A stretch of DNA of 62,853 bases, counting the filler, from Choristocarpus tenellus KU-1152 (taxonomy: Eukaryota; Protista; Phaeophyceae): assembly GCA_964200185.2 (NCBI GenBank). It is 13 parts of 13 records of this genome, joined end to end, with 100 filler letters (N's around TTAATTAATTAA, not from the genome) between each part and the next. Parts side by side here need not be neighbours in the genome. Positions count along the whole stretch, not along the records: positions 1 to 12,929 come from CAXNAD020001652.1; 12 more parts are not named here. One strand, written 5' to 3'. The first letter of the stretch is position 1. Every line of letters starts with the position of its first letter. Positions 1 to 13,029 of this stretch are shown one piece after another. The notes below the pieces were generated by a model. It had not been told where the DNA came from. It ran no database searches and saw only the letters and a list, made by a program, of their open reading frames with translations. Both the position numbers and the translations under genes were made by a program.

Positions 1-267
1 GAGAGCGTCAATATGTTTTAGAAAGACTGAAGAGACTCTGAGGTAGAAGGTAATTGCAGTATTCTCTTTCCATATGGCGAGGCGGGAGATGCGCATCAAT
101 ACATAAACATGATAAAAAAAAAAGCACTCGTAATCGTTTCCATCCTTCCATGAAGCTTGCAAGGACCACGAGACGTATCCACTGACCCCTGGGGCATGTG
201 GCGTACAGTTACAATCATGTTGTAGCGCATCTTTGCGTCGATTCGGTCTTCCTTCTTCTCACAACCC

Positions 268-543
268 TGCACACGTCTGACGATTATTTAATCGTAAAAG
301 CGATTTATCACGATCATGGGTATCGAAAAATAAACTGATGATTGTTAGTCGATTCGACGATTGATGAATGCCACGATTATTAGTCGATTCGACGACTAAT
401 TCTTGAAACTCGCCAAGATTAGCTCAACGATTACGATTACCACGATTATTAGTCGATTCTACGACTAATTCTTGAAACTCTCCAAGATTAGCTCAACGAT
501 TACGATTACCACGATTACTAATCGTAGTCGTCAGACGAGTACA
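268..543. mobile_element. Small MITE-like element with terminal inverted repeats and internal tandem repeats
   Basis: Left end TGCACACGTCTGACGATTA matches the reverse complement of the right end, TGTACTCGTCTGACGACTA. The interior has 2 copies of a 69-bp unit (CACGATTATTAGTCGATTC...GATTAC). Confidence 0.6.
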
Positions 544-3500
544 ATCCTGCTTTAAAAATTCTCCCGATATTGTACCATTTGGCACATAGTCGTATCAAGT
601 GGTACAAATGGTATTTTGTGCCACATCAATTTTGTTCCGCTTTTTTCGGGCATGCCCATGGGTGAACAAAATCGGGTAACCCACTGTACCCTAAATGTAT
701 AGAACACTAAGAAGTATTTATTTATATTCCACAACCCCCCAAAAGAACGTGAATATATATATACATTAATATTGATGGTATGTATTGGTAGATATAATGC
801 AATAGATGTAACTAACTGATCGCCAGACTATCCCCCTTTCCGTTGTATCCGTAGTCCAACCATTTTCCACATCATTGAGAGGATGGTTGGCGCAGAAGGT
901 GATACGTTTGATTTTATGCTGTTCACAGGACTCCTGACATGTGATTCTTCCTTAAGTTTTAGATTTCCTTGATAGGCGGTTTGTCAAAGTCACGCACGCT
1001 CCCACAGTTACACGTATATATGTACATTTAACAGGGTAGTTTGATTCTGCACAACAGGCAAGCATGGACTCTCCTAGCCACAGCCCCCCCCTGCCCCTTT
1101 CCTTCTCAACCTGCAGGAGTGCAGTGGCTTTAAATTGGTAGAGCTACCCCCCCTCCTTCCTCAGATCAGTGTTCCCCCCCTAATACTCAGATCAATACTC
1201 ATACACAGGTCTGGGTGTGTGTGAACCTGGAGTACCTGATCCTGGTCATGGAAGATAACAAGAGTAGCTGATAATGGTTGTTGGAGGAGACACAGGAATA
1301 CTCAAGAGGATCATAGCTCAACAGGATTAATCATAGCAACCCTTTCATCTCAGCAAATGCAATCGATTCTCTGGATGGGTGGAATACCACAAATGGACAA
1401 CCAACCAACCAACCCCCTGTTGAGGTTACCTTTTTAAAGATAGCAATGTTTCAATGAGTTTACAAAACCGATATTTTGACCAATCACACAACTACATAAA
1501 AAAATTGTTTCACCAAAGTTACTCGTACAAGAGATGGGATCAAAACACCTTTTGTAGGACTATTTAAAAAGGTTGGGTCATGCACAATCTCAAAAATGCT
1601 TTTTGAGGTAAGTCTTAGGCATCTTTTTTCACCGGTCACACGACTAGATTAAAACCACTTTTGAAAAGCTGTTACATGAGATAGTTTTGGAATCTGACGA
1701 TCTTGGTCTTTGGAACGTTGTGCATGAACCTGGTTTACACACGTTATCTCCCATTTTCTAGACATTTTGAGAAGATGTTGTATAAAGTGGTTTTCCAACC
1801 TCTCTTGGACCCTTCCAAAGGTAGGCCAACGAATTCTGCCTGTATGACTTCCTCTCTCCCTGTTGATGTTTTTGTGGTGACAAGATTTCCTGCTCAATTG
1901 GAAAATGGATATGATAACCAAGAATACTGACAAGAGTTGCATGCATCATTGGGAGACGGCAAGAAACGTGACTGTCAAGAACAGTTAGCATACATACATA
2001 CATGACTTTCATAACTGCCTAAAACAAATTATTGTGATTATTGTGATGTCTTGAGCCAACAACAGTAAAACACAAAAATTCTGGAAGCTCGTATGCACAC
2101 ATGCCCCGACATGGTACCCCCATATGGTGCATCCAATAAATGGTATATACGTAAAGAAGAGAACAGAGTAACTTTAACACATCCTGACAGTGAAAGTCAT
2201 TGGCCCTTGGACGTGGAACATTCCCTGCATGGTCCATTAATTACTGTTATTCCTTACAAGGATGAGGAGGAAAGCTGTGGTTCATGCAGTCATATGAGTA
2301 CTAGAGTGGTACTGAGGAAGTTTGTGAGAGAGGTACAAAAAAGGTTTGGTGCTTAGTGACAAAAGCTTTGTGGATGGTTTTATATGTTGTAAGAATCTTG
2401 TTCACCTCCCTTCCGAAATTTTACACGAACATGCTCTTATCTGTGGCTTGCCTTTACTTTCCTTTAACCTTTTCCTTACATTGTGGTCCTTGCTTGGAAT
2501 CAATTGCATGGGGGCACTATATTCTATAGGGCTTGGACCATCGACCCTAGTTTTTTTCTGGAACAGGCATGTATCCTTACTGCTGAACTTCAAGTTCTGT
2601 GTCTTTCTGTGTCAGCCAATTTTCCTTTGTGTTTGTTCTTTCTTGAATTTAACATGTACTTAACAACCCTTTACAACCCCCAACTACAGGTTTAAGAACA
2701 CCAAACAAATGTGTGAGCACTGATTGCTCCATTTGGACATACAAGCCATCGAGCACAATAGCTTTCCTAGGGTCAATTAGTCCAAGCCAAAAGGCACCCA
2801 AAACTCTGATGGACAGACCAGACCCATACATGGTTATGGAGTTAGGAGTCTGCTCTTTTTCGTACTGAAGTCATTGGTGGCCACCATGGAGAAACTGTAA
2901 ACTTTAATTTGTTGATGAGGAGAAACTGTCAGAAACTGTCAAGACCACACAATCAAGCACACTTGGTGCTCTGGTGGTGCCATGGCGAGGTTGACCTCAA
3001 TGTGAACATGATAACATACAGTGCAAGGTGTGTTGCAGGAATTGTACTTGACCTAGTAGGGGCAATAAAGGGCGGGCATAAATTTTGGCATTTAGTGTGT
3101 TCCTAGATACTGTCTTCCTTTTCGAAAACATGTGCAAGAAGATATTGAGTGACTGCAAAAGTGATGTTATGAGTAGTGCACACACCAGTGCAATGTAGTT
3201 AGAAATTTATCCATACAGTGTACCATATCTTGTCCACACAACAGTCCACAGTCCACGATATTGACTACAGCTGTATTTCTTACCATTATCAAGTACTCCC
3301 AGAGTACTAAAATCAACTGTACGGTTTAAATTGTGTAATGGCCTTGCATCAACCTGCACCTGATGTCCAATTCCACTACATCTCTAGTGCACCAATCACT
3401 AAAGAAATTTACACAAAAATACTGTCTTCTGAATCTTTGGGACAACTATGCAGATGGTATGTAGGACTCTGGACCCTTGATGAATAGATCTTAAGATACA

Positions 3501-4440
3501 CTGCAGGACCAACCTCCTCAACTACCTACTACATTAAGAGGAATTGTTGACTTCAGACAAACAATGCTGGTCAGTAATGAAGCCATAGTCATACACCTCT
3601 ACCATCTCAGAGATATTAATTTGCACCTTCACAGTAAAATCTGAAATAGTTCATTTCACAACATCAAAATGGCTTTAACACGGCTGCTATGTGTTTGTTG
3701 ACTATCAAATTGTCCATTTGCAAATTGTTCCAGCTGCAACATCAAGAATGAGAATGTGGCAAGTGGCTCCTTGACTGTAGTTTCGAAAAAAAAACTTCTA
3801 ACACTACACCACACTATCAATAATATCACAGGACTCACAAAGAGAAAAGAAGGTAGGGTATATGCAAGATTGGGGATGAAATGTAAATAGAAATGAAAAG
3901 AGAAACATGCAAAAATCAGGTCACTAGATAATTCAAATAACCACACAACACACTAGCAGTGCCTCCACCTGATAGTCAAATTCAGCCCTCATTTGCTGAT
4001 CAAAATAGGTGTGACCACTACAGCGATCGATTTTGAAGACATTACACTCACTACACCAAGACAACGCTTGAAGGGTCAAAACTCACACTCATTTCCAAAC
4101 CAAAGCAGCGACATGCTCCCTGTCTGGTCAAGATGTGACTAGCACAACAAACGCATCCAACACAACAAACATGTTCGGTACAGGTCACCCTCCAAAAAAA
4201 TGGAACAGAAAAGGAGTAAACGATCATCAAAAACAAGCGAGAGATGAGTACTCCTAGATGACAGTCCTGCATGTACCCCTCCTATATACTCCAGGTATGT
4301 ACACATGTCAAGAGGTATATATTATGCCAGCATAGGCACTAAAATAAAACAGTGCAAAACAAACTGCAGAAGCGAGGTTATGCCAAAGTCAAGTTCAAGA
4401 ACTGTCAAGTTCCAAGGTACATAATTTAGCTTACAGGTCG

Positions 4441-7400
4441 TCATTGAGAAGAAGTGATCTGTCTAAGGGCATCCTGCAAATGCTGTACACCCAGGTCAAT
4501 CTCCTTGTGCTCTAGGGCTGCAATTGCAAACCTGTGGAGAGTGTATGAAAGGGAAAAAAAAGCGAGAATCAAGTGCACAAAATAAATATAAATATGAATG
4601 TATAAATACAAACATACATGTTGATTGCAAACCTGAGAAGAGGAGAGACAAAGGATGATACCTAAAATACAAAAAAATATACCTTATATGAAACTCTAGA
4701 GCACCATTCAAATGTAAACAATAACTTGTGTCATATTCTGGATGAGCAAATGATTACGGATTGAGATCTGTTCGTATCATATTTTGAAGCCATAAATCCT
4801 TCTAAAAATCTAAGATAACTACCTTCTTCTGCTGGAGTCGAAGTCCGGTTAAATTGAGTTTGTTCTTACTATTAATACAAAAACAAGTGATAATTGTGAT
4901 GATCCTGAATGACATTTAAATATCTTTGGAATATAAAAAAATGAACTCTCTCTAAAAAATTTGGAACGTAATGCTGCAAAATAAAAAATAAAAAATCTAC
5001 ATATTTAGAAGGTTAATATATACCATTAATATATATAGTCATCCATAAAATAAAATGCAACCAAAACTATCCTTGCGTTCCTAATATAGTAACAGTTCAA
5101 CTAATTGCGAAATTTTAGAGTTGTCACAATTGAAATGATCAACAGCATGATCAGTCAAAACACAAATTATTGTCAAGAAACAAGGAACACTATTCTTATA
5201 CCTGCCTTGGTGAATAGAGCAACCGATTTATTAACCCTAACGCTCAAACCTTGAATACGTTTGCACCCAATACAAAGATCACCACTCCATGAAGACATGA
5301 ACATATTGCAAAACTTGGCATTGACTTCAATATGCAGGGTAAGGATAAAAATCACATCATTCTGACATCATTCTGTCAACATTCCCTACCTGCAAAACTC
5401 GATCGCATCACTGATGTTTGCAGGGGTTGGGTGCCTGGCTAGTCCATGTGCATGTGCTGGAAAGTGTGTAGGGGCAGATGGTCTTGATTGTGGGGGAGCG
5501 ACTGCTGGCTGGTATGGGTGTGGTGAAGACACAGGAGCTGGCGAGGGCACAGGTGCAGGTGTAGGTGTAGGTGTTGGGGTTGGTGCTGGAGTAGGTGCTG
5601 ATGGGGCATAAGGCACTCCAGGGTCGTAAGCGCGTGCATCAACAGTTGGGTATGCAGGTTCATGGCTGTATGGGGTAGATGTAGGGTCTACAGCTGGGCC
5701 ACGAGTTGGTAGAGGGGGTTCGTATGCAGTTGGGACTGGTGGAGTGTATGTTGGTGCCTCTGGAGCCCAACTGGCTGTTGGCCCTTGGGGGCTCTTGACT
5801 TCATCCATATAATGTGGTGTTATCTCTGCTACCCCACCCTCCACCTCTGTACCCCCACCACTTGGAGGCATTCCTGTTAGAACCTGTATAGGGAGAAATG
5901 GTAGAGTAATATCAGGACAGGGAAACACCTCTTCCTCACTAACAGGAATATTGAATATTGAGATATATAAGACGGTCGTCTGATATTAATAATGATGCAA
6001 ATGATCATATCAGCTGTTGCACATCCTATCCCATTATTATGAACTGCTATGTACCAGATAACATCAATGACAGGGTGGGTGAGGGCATCCATCACATCCT
6101 ACAGGTTGTGGTATGAGGTTTGAGGGGAAAATAGATGTATCCTAAGAGGGCACCCCTTATGAGAAAATTCATCCCTTCTCACTATCTATTTGTTGTTGTT
6201 TACATTCACATTCCCTATAGTAGAGCCTGCCCACTGAAGAGCTTGAAATTTATTCCTAATCCAACCAATATTTCAAATAGAATATTGTCAACCAATATTT
6301 CAAATAGAATATTGTCAACCAATATTTTAAATAGAATATTGTCAACCAATATTTCAAATAGAATATTGTCAACCAATATTTTAAATAGAATATTGTCAAC
6401 CAATATTTTAAATAGAACTTTGTCAACCAATATTTTAAATAGAATATTGTCAACCAATATTTTATATAGAATATTGTCCGAAACATAAGCATTTTCACCA
6501 AGGGGCTTGTTTGATTGCCTCCTGAGGTGACACAGCGGCCTTTTTTCTTGCTTCTGCATCCTACTTCTCACATGCATCAGACAGTCTGCAACAGTCCATG
6601 ATTTTGCTCAAGATTGCAAACTTTACTCCATCACTCCATCACCCCATTACCACATCACTACACCAACAAATTGTGCATCTTTCCATTTGCTAAATGTCTT
6701 CTCACACAAGTGTTCCTGGTCGCATCAACAGTGCTACATACTACCTACACACACCAATAACCTTCCAAACAGTAGTAGCTGAACTAAAGCCAATAATCTG
6801 TTCCTTACCAAAGCTTACAAAAAAACCTTGTTCCTTACTTCTTCGCCAAGTCCTCCTGGGGTAGGTGTCCTCCCTTCCTTGAGCGCCTTGAGAATCTCAG
6901 CAGCCTTCCATTTGCAGTACACTCTCCGACGATCTGTCTCTGCATCCAACTCACCAAACTGCTTCAGCATATCAAAGAACACCCCCGCTGACACACAGAG
7001 GATAGGGAGAAGGTTGGTTGGGATAATGCCGTGGACTGACAAGGTCATGCAATAGGAAGGTTGATGGAAATATCACAATGTTGATGCAGGAGCAGGTTGG
7101 TATGTATGTATTAATATTGCTTTCTAACATTTATCTTTTTCTTCCTTCTTCGCCACATTGACAAGGGAGCCACTAATGCTACAAAAACTATGACTCTTGA
7201 AGGATAGAATCACCTTCCCTCCACCCCCATCCCCGTTCACCTGCGTAAAATGTCCTTGCTGTGCCTTTGTCTGCCAGGCCTCCCCTGTCCTCCTCGTCAC
7301 CTTTGGTAAACTCATCCAGCGCAAATTTGTGACAGATTTTCTGGAAAAATCATAGCGTGTAAACAGGTGTTAATTCAGCATTGGTAGTGTAATGTTAGTG

Positions 7401-8320
7401 AGGCAGAGACTGCTCGATTGTTCCGATTGTGTTCGAAAGATAACATTACTTCTTGCCACCAAGAGATCCCATCTATTTTTGAATGCAAAGGAGACAACGC
7501 TGCACAAAGATATCTTACATGTCCTTCTTCCTTGGACAGCTCCGGAAACGTCTTTCTATCTGCCTCCAGTCGCCCCATCAACTCAGTGAGAAATGTCATG
7601 CTGCAAACGCCAAGTGCACCCAACAGAGACAAGGTAGTCTGTACGTAAATAATGGGTTCATCGCGACCTGGTTTTTGATCAGTTCTTCTTCTGCTGGGGA
7701 TATATAGATTCAAAAGCTCGACATTTCACACTCTGTCCAATTGGTATTTAGTTCCCCTTCGCAAGTAAGGAACCATCACATTAATGTGGCCTCCATCAAT
7801 TTAACCACCTTAAACTTCTATATTAAAATAACATAGTTGGAGCAACCCACTCTATTCAACATCCAAAATACACGCGAAAATAGCAGTTGCCACAATCGCT
7901 TCCAAAATATCGTTGCTTGGTACGGGGAGGGAAGGATAATGAATGAGGACGATCATTTTGAACGGTAGCTTTGAGTAAAGGAAAGCACGATAACTATGTG
8001 CTTCTCATCTGCACTCATTGACACATATGCGGATGGTTCTTCTCGCGTTCCATTAGAAAGTGCTAGTTCCCGAGCGCTTTGCTAACATCATGGGAAACCC
8101 TTTGGGAAATATTTCAAAGTGAAGAAGGAAAACGCGAAGGTTTTCCTCATTATCACCTGTCTTCCGAGTTGTCCTGCACTTGCATGCCATTTTCGATTGC
8201 GTATAATCGGCAGTAGTAGGCAACCACCTTTGCCTCGGGCCTCGTGTCACCATCGAGTTGCTCTGCTCGCCGAACAAAAGATGTGAGCTGTCTAAACTTG
8301 GATGGGATGGTCATAGCCAT
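4441..8320 (-). CDS. VTA1: Vacuolar protein sorting-associated protein VTA1/LIP5 (ESCRT, Vps4 cofactor), multi-exon
   Basis: GT-AG exons 8320-8157 (MAMTIPSKFRQLTSFVRRAEQLD..VVAYYCRLYAIENGM), 7600-7519, 7340-7241 (FALDEFTKGDEEDRGGLADKGTARTFYA) and 6987-6839 (FFDMLKQFGELD..RRVYCKWKAAEILKALKEGRTPTPG) are phase-consistent and encode tandem MIT domains. A Pro-rich exon (~5884-5390) and last exon 4531-4441 (ISDAIEFCRFAIAALEHKEIDLGVQHLQDAL) encode the linker and C-terminal VSL domain. Possible small linker exons at 6.0-6.6 kb are unresolved. Confidence 0.93.
6262..6478. repeat. 27-bp minisatellite, ~8 copies, inside the VTA1 gene span (probably intronic)
   Basis: Unit ACCAATATTTYAAATAGAATATTGTCA; each unit contains the inverted repeat CAATATT..AATATTG. 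Confidence 0.95.
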
Positions 8321-8509
8321 GGTAGGCAGACAAGAATTGGACCGAGTGAGTCCTGTTCTTCTCTGTTCAAGACGATCGATTATTGTACAAACCTTCACTT
8401 CCAACTTTAACAAAGGACACAACACACACAAAAAATAAAATGTATATAATACAAAACCGTCTTTTCTAGGTCTTTGATAGGTACTCCTTGAAATCGAAGG
8501 TACCAGAGT
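8321..8509. promoter_or_regulatory. Putative bidirectional promoter between VTA1 and the LamG-domain gene
   Basis: Only 189 bp separate two divergent ATGs (8320 on minus, 8510 on plus). Confidence 0.5.
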
Positions 8510-11500
8510 ATGCCTCCCCGATCAGAGAACGGGACCCCCCTTTATAATCGGAAAGGGCGCTCTCGTCCCTCTCACCGGGGGAGCCTTAGGGGTAGTGGTC
8601 GGTTGGGTCTGGTCTGGTGGATTTGCCTGGTCTCACCCCTTGTCCTTGCAGTGTTCTTCCTGGGCGTATTCTTGGGAAGTGGGTTTTCTCGTTTTCCAAG
8701 AGAAGGGGGAGGATATCCTTCTCCCAGTGGTAAGCATTTTATATATATTCAATATTATATATGTATATGTATATGTATATGTCATTCTTGGTCCTCTTTA
8801 GATTGGAACTTCTGTCCGCTTGGTTCGGAAGTTTCCCCCGCCCCTCTTCCTCTCAAAACCTTGCAGCAAGATACGCTGACCAAGAACCGCACTCAAACTT
8901 CCTTGGCAGGCTTTCAAGAAGTAGAGGGGCGATCGCATGGAAATTTACGACTTGGGACTCAGGAAGAGTTCGCATCCCTAGGTACGACGAAATCTGATGG
9001 CCCAGTGGAGAAACCCAACAATTTGCGATTGCCAGGACCTCTCCAATTAGAGGGGATCCACAATGGGGAGAAAGCAACTGACCGGGGTTCTTCTGTTGCT
9101 GATGGTCGGGTGGGGGACATATTTGATAGGCATCGGTCTTTCAAAGCGCGGCAAGGGGTTTATGTCTCTCTAGAGTCCAGCTTGGACCAGTATGAGGAGG
9201 TGAGCAAATGCGAAAATGAGTGTCTACCCCTTCCAACCTGTGTAAACAATTGTATCTCCCTCTTCCACCGTCAACGTTATGGTCAAGTCGCATGATGCTG
9301 TCGTGTAGTTCGAAAAGATTTGTAGTACAGGCACTACATCCCTCAAAGAAAGTATCAATGCTCTTCTTGACTGCATATTTGGATATTCTACCACAACTTG
9401 AGTCCTTATCCCCATGTGTGCATTTTTTAGTGACTATCATGTCAGGTGTGCTGAGTTTTCCTTGTCTGGCACTAAAGGTATTGGTTACGTTGTCAGTTCC
9501 TGTTGTTCTATGACCTGATTTTGATCTCTGACTAACTGTTCCTCTAGGTGACTAGTTGTTTTTTGCTCGTCTCTCTAGCCTGTCAGAGAGGAAATCAGAC
9601 AAGTGGGGGGGGGAGTCCAACAGTGAGACTAGCTGCTATTTTGTACCACAAATTAGGGTGAAATGTTTTCTAACAACATCACAACACCTGCAATCTGTAT
9701 CACTGGTAAGATGATCTCTTGGAGATACGTTATATATTCAGTAGTTGTATCGAGATTGGTCACACTTCACCACTGCCCATCATACATGCTCTGATCCACG
9801 AGAAACCCACATTTGAGTTACCACTTGGTACAATTGTTTCAGTTACTGGGGCAATGACTGGGTAGTACTACTCCATGTAGTGATTTGTGATTTGTGTGTT
9901 TTGATACCATTACAAAAAGCATATTTGGAGGGTGTGAATCTAGGTGTGAATCTCCTAAACTATTTTCTCAAGTAGATGAGGAAAAGTGGATCTAACCTTC
10001 CTTCTATCTCTGGATGATGCAAAGTATTTAATGTAAGTCAAAGTATTTCCCTGTTTGTGTATATACTCTAGTCATTTTTTTATTGCTTGTGTTTCAAGGA
10101 AAAGCATATAATCCAGATGAACCATGCAGTCTGTGTGATATTGTTATTGTTGTTGCTTTCAAGGCCCTGAATGGTGCAACACTGGGAATTTTGGTAGAGG
10201 ATGAGAGACATAACACAAGTGCTGTACACGATCAGGTCTTTGTTTCAATATTATTTTTCTTGTTACTATTATTATTACTACTGTATGTTTTGTATGACAG
10301 GTACTTACTGTTGGAAAATGGGAGTTCTACAAAAGGTATGCAATTGAAAGCAGTAAGTGTGATTGTGTTTGTCAAGGGTGGTGCACTATAGTATAGTGTA
10401 CTAAGGTGTAGTCTAGTGCATTCTAATACGACATTTGTCTGTAAAGTCATCCACCCATGAGATTGTGAAGAGATCACATGCGTATATACCACTAGTCAGT
10501 GAATGAATGTGATGTGATGCAATGTGGATAGGTCAGAAATATCATCTTTTTGGGGGATTGGAGTGCCTCTAACCCTAATCCTATCCATAATGTGTTGATT
10601 ATGTGACAACCCACTATTCATTCTTGTTTGTTTGATTCTGCTCTTATTGCATATTCCAAAGGCTACCATTAGTATAGTTTGAAAATTGTGTGAGTAATAG
10701 TTACATTATTATTATTATTATTATTACAATGCCACCACTTTAATTGAGTGCCTTCCAAGAATAAAAATGTTGTTGTTAGTTCACCAGTTTATCATTTATT
10801 TTTATTGTTTATTGCCACTAACTATAGTGCACATTTTCCCATTCAAGAAGACCTATCCATAAAGAACCATGAGTGAAGTTTGAAATCCCTTTTTGTCATT
10901 TTTTCACTGCATGTCTCATGGCATGTCTTGGATGTGTTGCATCTCTTGACAGTCTCCTGTCCACAACCTTGGCCCTCTCTACAGGTGACTGCTGCCGCCT
11001 GGATCTACATTGATCCAAAGAGGTATGACAGTAACATTAACACCATCATGGGAAACAAGATGTCTGGGTGTGACTCAGATTCAATTGGATTTTCATTGTA
11101 CATCAATCAGTGGGAGGAAAAGGATGGCAGACTGTGGCTGGAATGGGGGGATGGACGAAATGGGTGTCGAAAGGTGTGAGATCTCTTGTGTGTCTCTTAT
11201 GTGTCTCTTATGCGTGTGGAGTTTGATACCACATTGCTTGGAGTGAAAGTATCTTAGAGGGTATGAGTTTTGCCCTGTTTGTCCATTTGGGGCTTGACTT
11301 CCCATGGAGTATTTGTATGACATCTCGTACTCCAGATTGGTTTGGAGTAGTAAAATTTGTATGTCATGAAAAGGTGCGTCCGGAACAAGGATATTGACAC
11401 TTCATAACAAACAGGATAGCCAAAATTATATCAAAATTGCAATGTTGGATTTTATCCCCTAAATGGACGCGACCTTACCCTCTAAGATACTCTGGATACT

Positions 11501-12894
11501 TTGGCTCTTGGCGGTGTGTGTTACGAATTATTGACATTATTGAATGGATTATACCTTTTTTTGGTAGAGCTTGTCATCTGTTGAAGTCAGGAGTATCAAC
11601 ACATGTGGTGGGAAGCTGTTTTTGGGATATGTGTATTATGTAGTTGTATTATGTAGGATAAGTATGTGTGAGAAGTTGCAGTTGTAGTTTTAGGTGTCAG
11701 GTTGTGTCATTAGTGTATGATTATAGTCTGAAAAGAGATCATTGTGTTGACATTAAGATATGTGCATTGAGTACATCGATCAATCAATCCCTTGATGTGG
11801 GTGTAGTGGAGACTGCTTTCAAGAGTGTCAAGTGATCAGAACTGTATGAATATGTTTGAATTGTTGCTTTTAGTCATTGTTCATGAGGTATACTGTCTCC
11901 ATTCAAGAGGTGACAACTTGTGGAAGTAAATTGTTTTAAGACTATTTGAAGGAACCCTAAGAGTTATCAACGCATTCCATGAAGGATGAAAACAGCAGGC
12001 ACTCTCACACTAGGTATGTTGGTATTTTAGTACAGTTGGTACTGTGTGACCTCTTGAAGGTACCCCTGAAATTCTCAATGTTTATTTTACCAATGATGAC
12101 GGCGATTATTCCTGTGTCCTATTCCATCTTCCTGCCGTATTTATATTTATTTTTATCTCCTCTCATTTCAGCTGTTTGTATCGATGTGAATATTTATAAT
12201 GACAGATATCTTCACCAGATGTCATCCCAAAAGGTTTATGGATTCATGTAGGTGCAAGTTTGGACATTCAGGGGGCATCGCTGTTTATAGATGGGCAAAA
12301 GGTGGCTCACTCCGAATGGAGAAGACAGCCTGGAAGTAGGGAGAACTTCTATGTGAGTGATGTTAATAATTATTATGACAGTAGTAGTGACAGTAGTAGT
12401 AGAGAGGAAACTATTTTTTTATTGGTATTAAATTATCCTCAATGCTGTCTCATCTCTATGCTCCCTGCTCTTGACTGACTGATTGATTGATGTTTCATTG
12501 AATGCAACAATACTTGTAAGGAGATCATTGGTGGAATCGATTTTTTTAGACGTCTTAGGACCAACCCTCTTCTTGTCTGTTGTTGTTGTTGGAAGGTGTG
12601 ACAGTACCACACTAAGTGTTTTGACTTTGTCCTCTTTGTTATGAACTTTATTATGAACTTCTCCTCCTTCCTCTCAAGGTGGGCGCTTTCCCCAGTGAAG
12701 ACTTTCCCTTTTCAGGCAACATATCAGCAGTAACTGTCTTCAAGTCAGGACTGAAAGACCATGATATGGAAGCACTGCAGCAGGTGACATCAAGAAATCA
12801 TCTTAACAAGGCAATACTATCCAATGAGATACAAGATATTTCCAAGGATATGGTGGTGGCATTGCAGCTAGATGAATCAGCTGGAGGAGAAAAG
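8510..12894 (+). CDS. Type II membrane protein with LamG/concanavalin A-like domain (3' truncated by contig end)
   Basis: Exons 8510-8729 (basic N-tail plus hydrophobic segment LVWWICLVSPLVLAVFFLGVFLG), 8802-9199, 10985-11173 (VTAAAWIYIDP..TIMGNK..GFSLYINQW..LWLEWG), 12206-12352 (GLWIHVGASL..ASLFIDGQKV), 12679-12894 (VGAFPSEDFPFSGNISAVTVF). These are LamG-like (Laminin_G_3) motifs with consistent phases. Confidence 0.8.
11241..11507. mobile_element. MITE family A copy (GAG..AAAGTATCTTAGAGGGT TIRs), intronic
   Basis: TIRs GAGTGAAAGTATCTTAGAGGGT / ACCCTCTAAGATAC..TTTGGCTC. Homologous along its length to 41594-41853 and 54305-54563, in the opposite orientation. Confidence 0.85.
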
Positions 12895-12929
12895 GTATTG
12901 CTGCTGGGGGGGGGTGGGGTAGGATGGGG

Positions 12930-13029
12930 NNNNNNNNNNNNNNNNNNNNNNNNNNNNNNNNNNNNNNNNNNNNTTAATTAATTAANNNNNNNNNNNNNNN
13001 NNNNNNNNNNNNNNNNNNNNNNNNNNNNN
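12930..13029. other. Artificial contig linker (N44-TTAATTAATTAA-N44), first of 12
   Basis: Identical 100-bp linkers at 12930, 15893, 21334, 24877, 28715, 32839, 36605, 41123, 47969, 52901, 56460 and 59787. TTAATTAATTAA gives stops in all six frames. A separate 10-N gap lies at about 38320. Confidence 0.98.

Noticed and set aside
1200-4400. Cluster of 60-105 aa ORFs downstream of VTA1
   Set aside because: No recognisable motifs or consistent exon chain; possibly old repeat debris.
6135-6577. Repetitive ORFs (NILFKILVD / STNILNRIL) on both strands
   Set aside because: By-product of a 27-bp (3n) minisatellite; no independent coding evidence.
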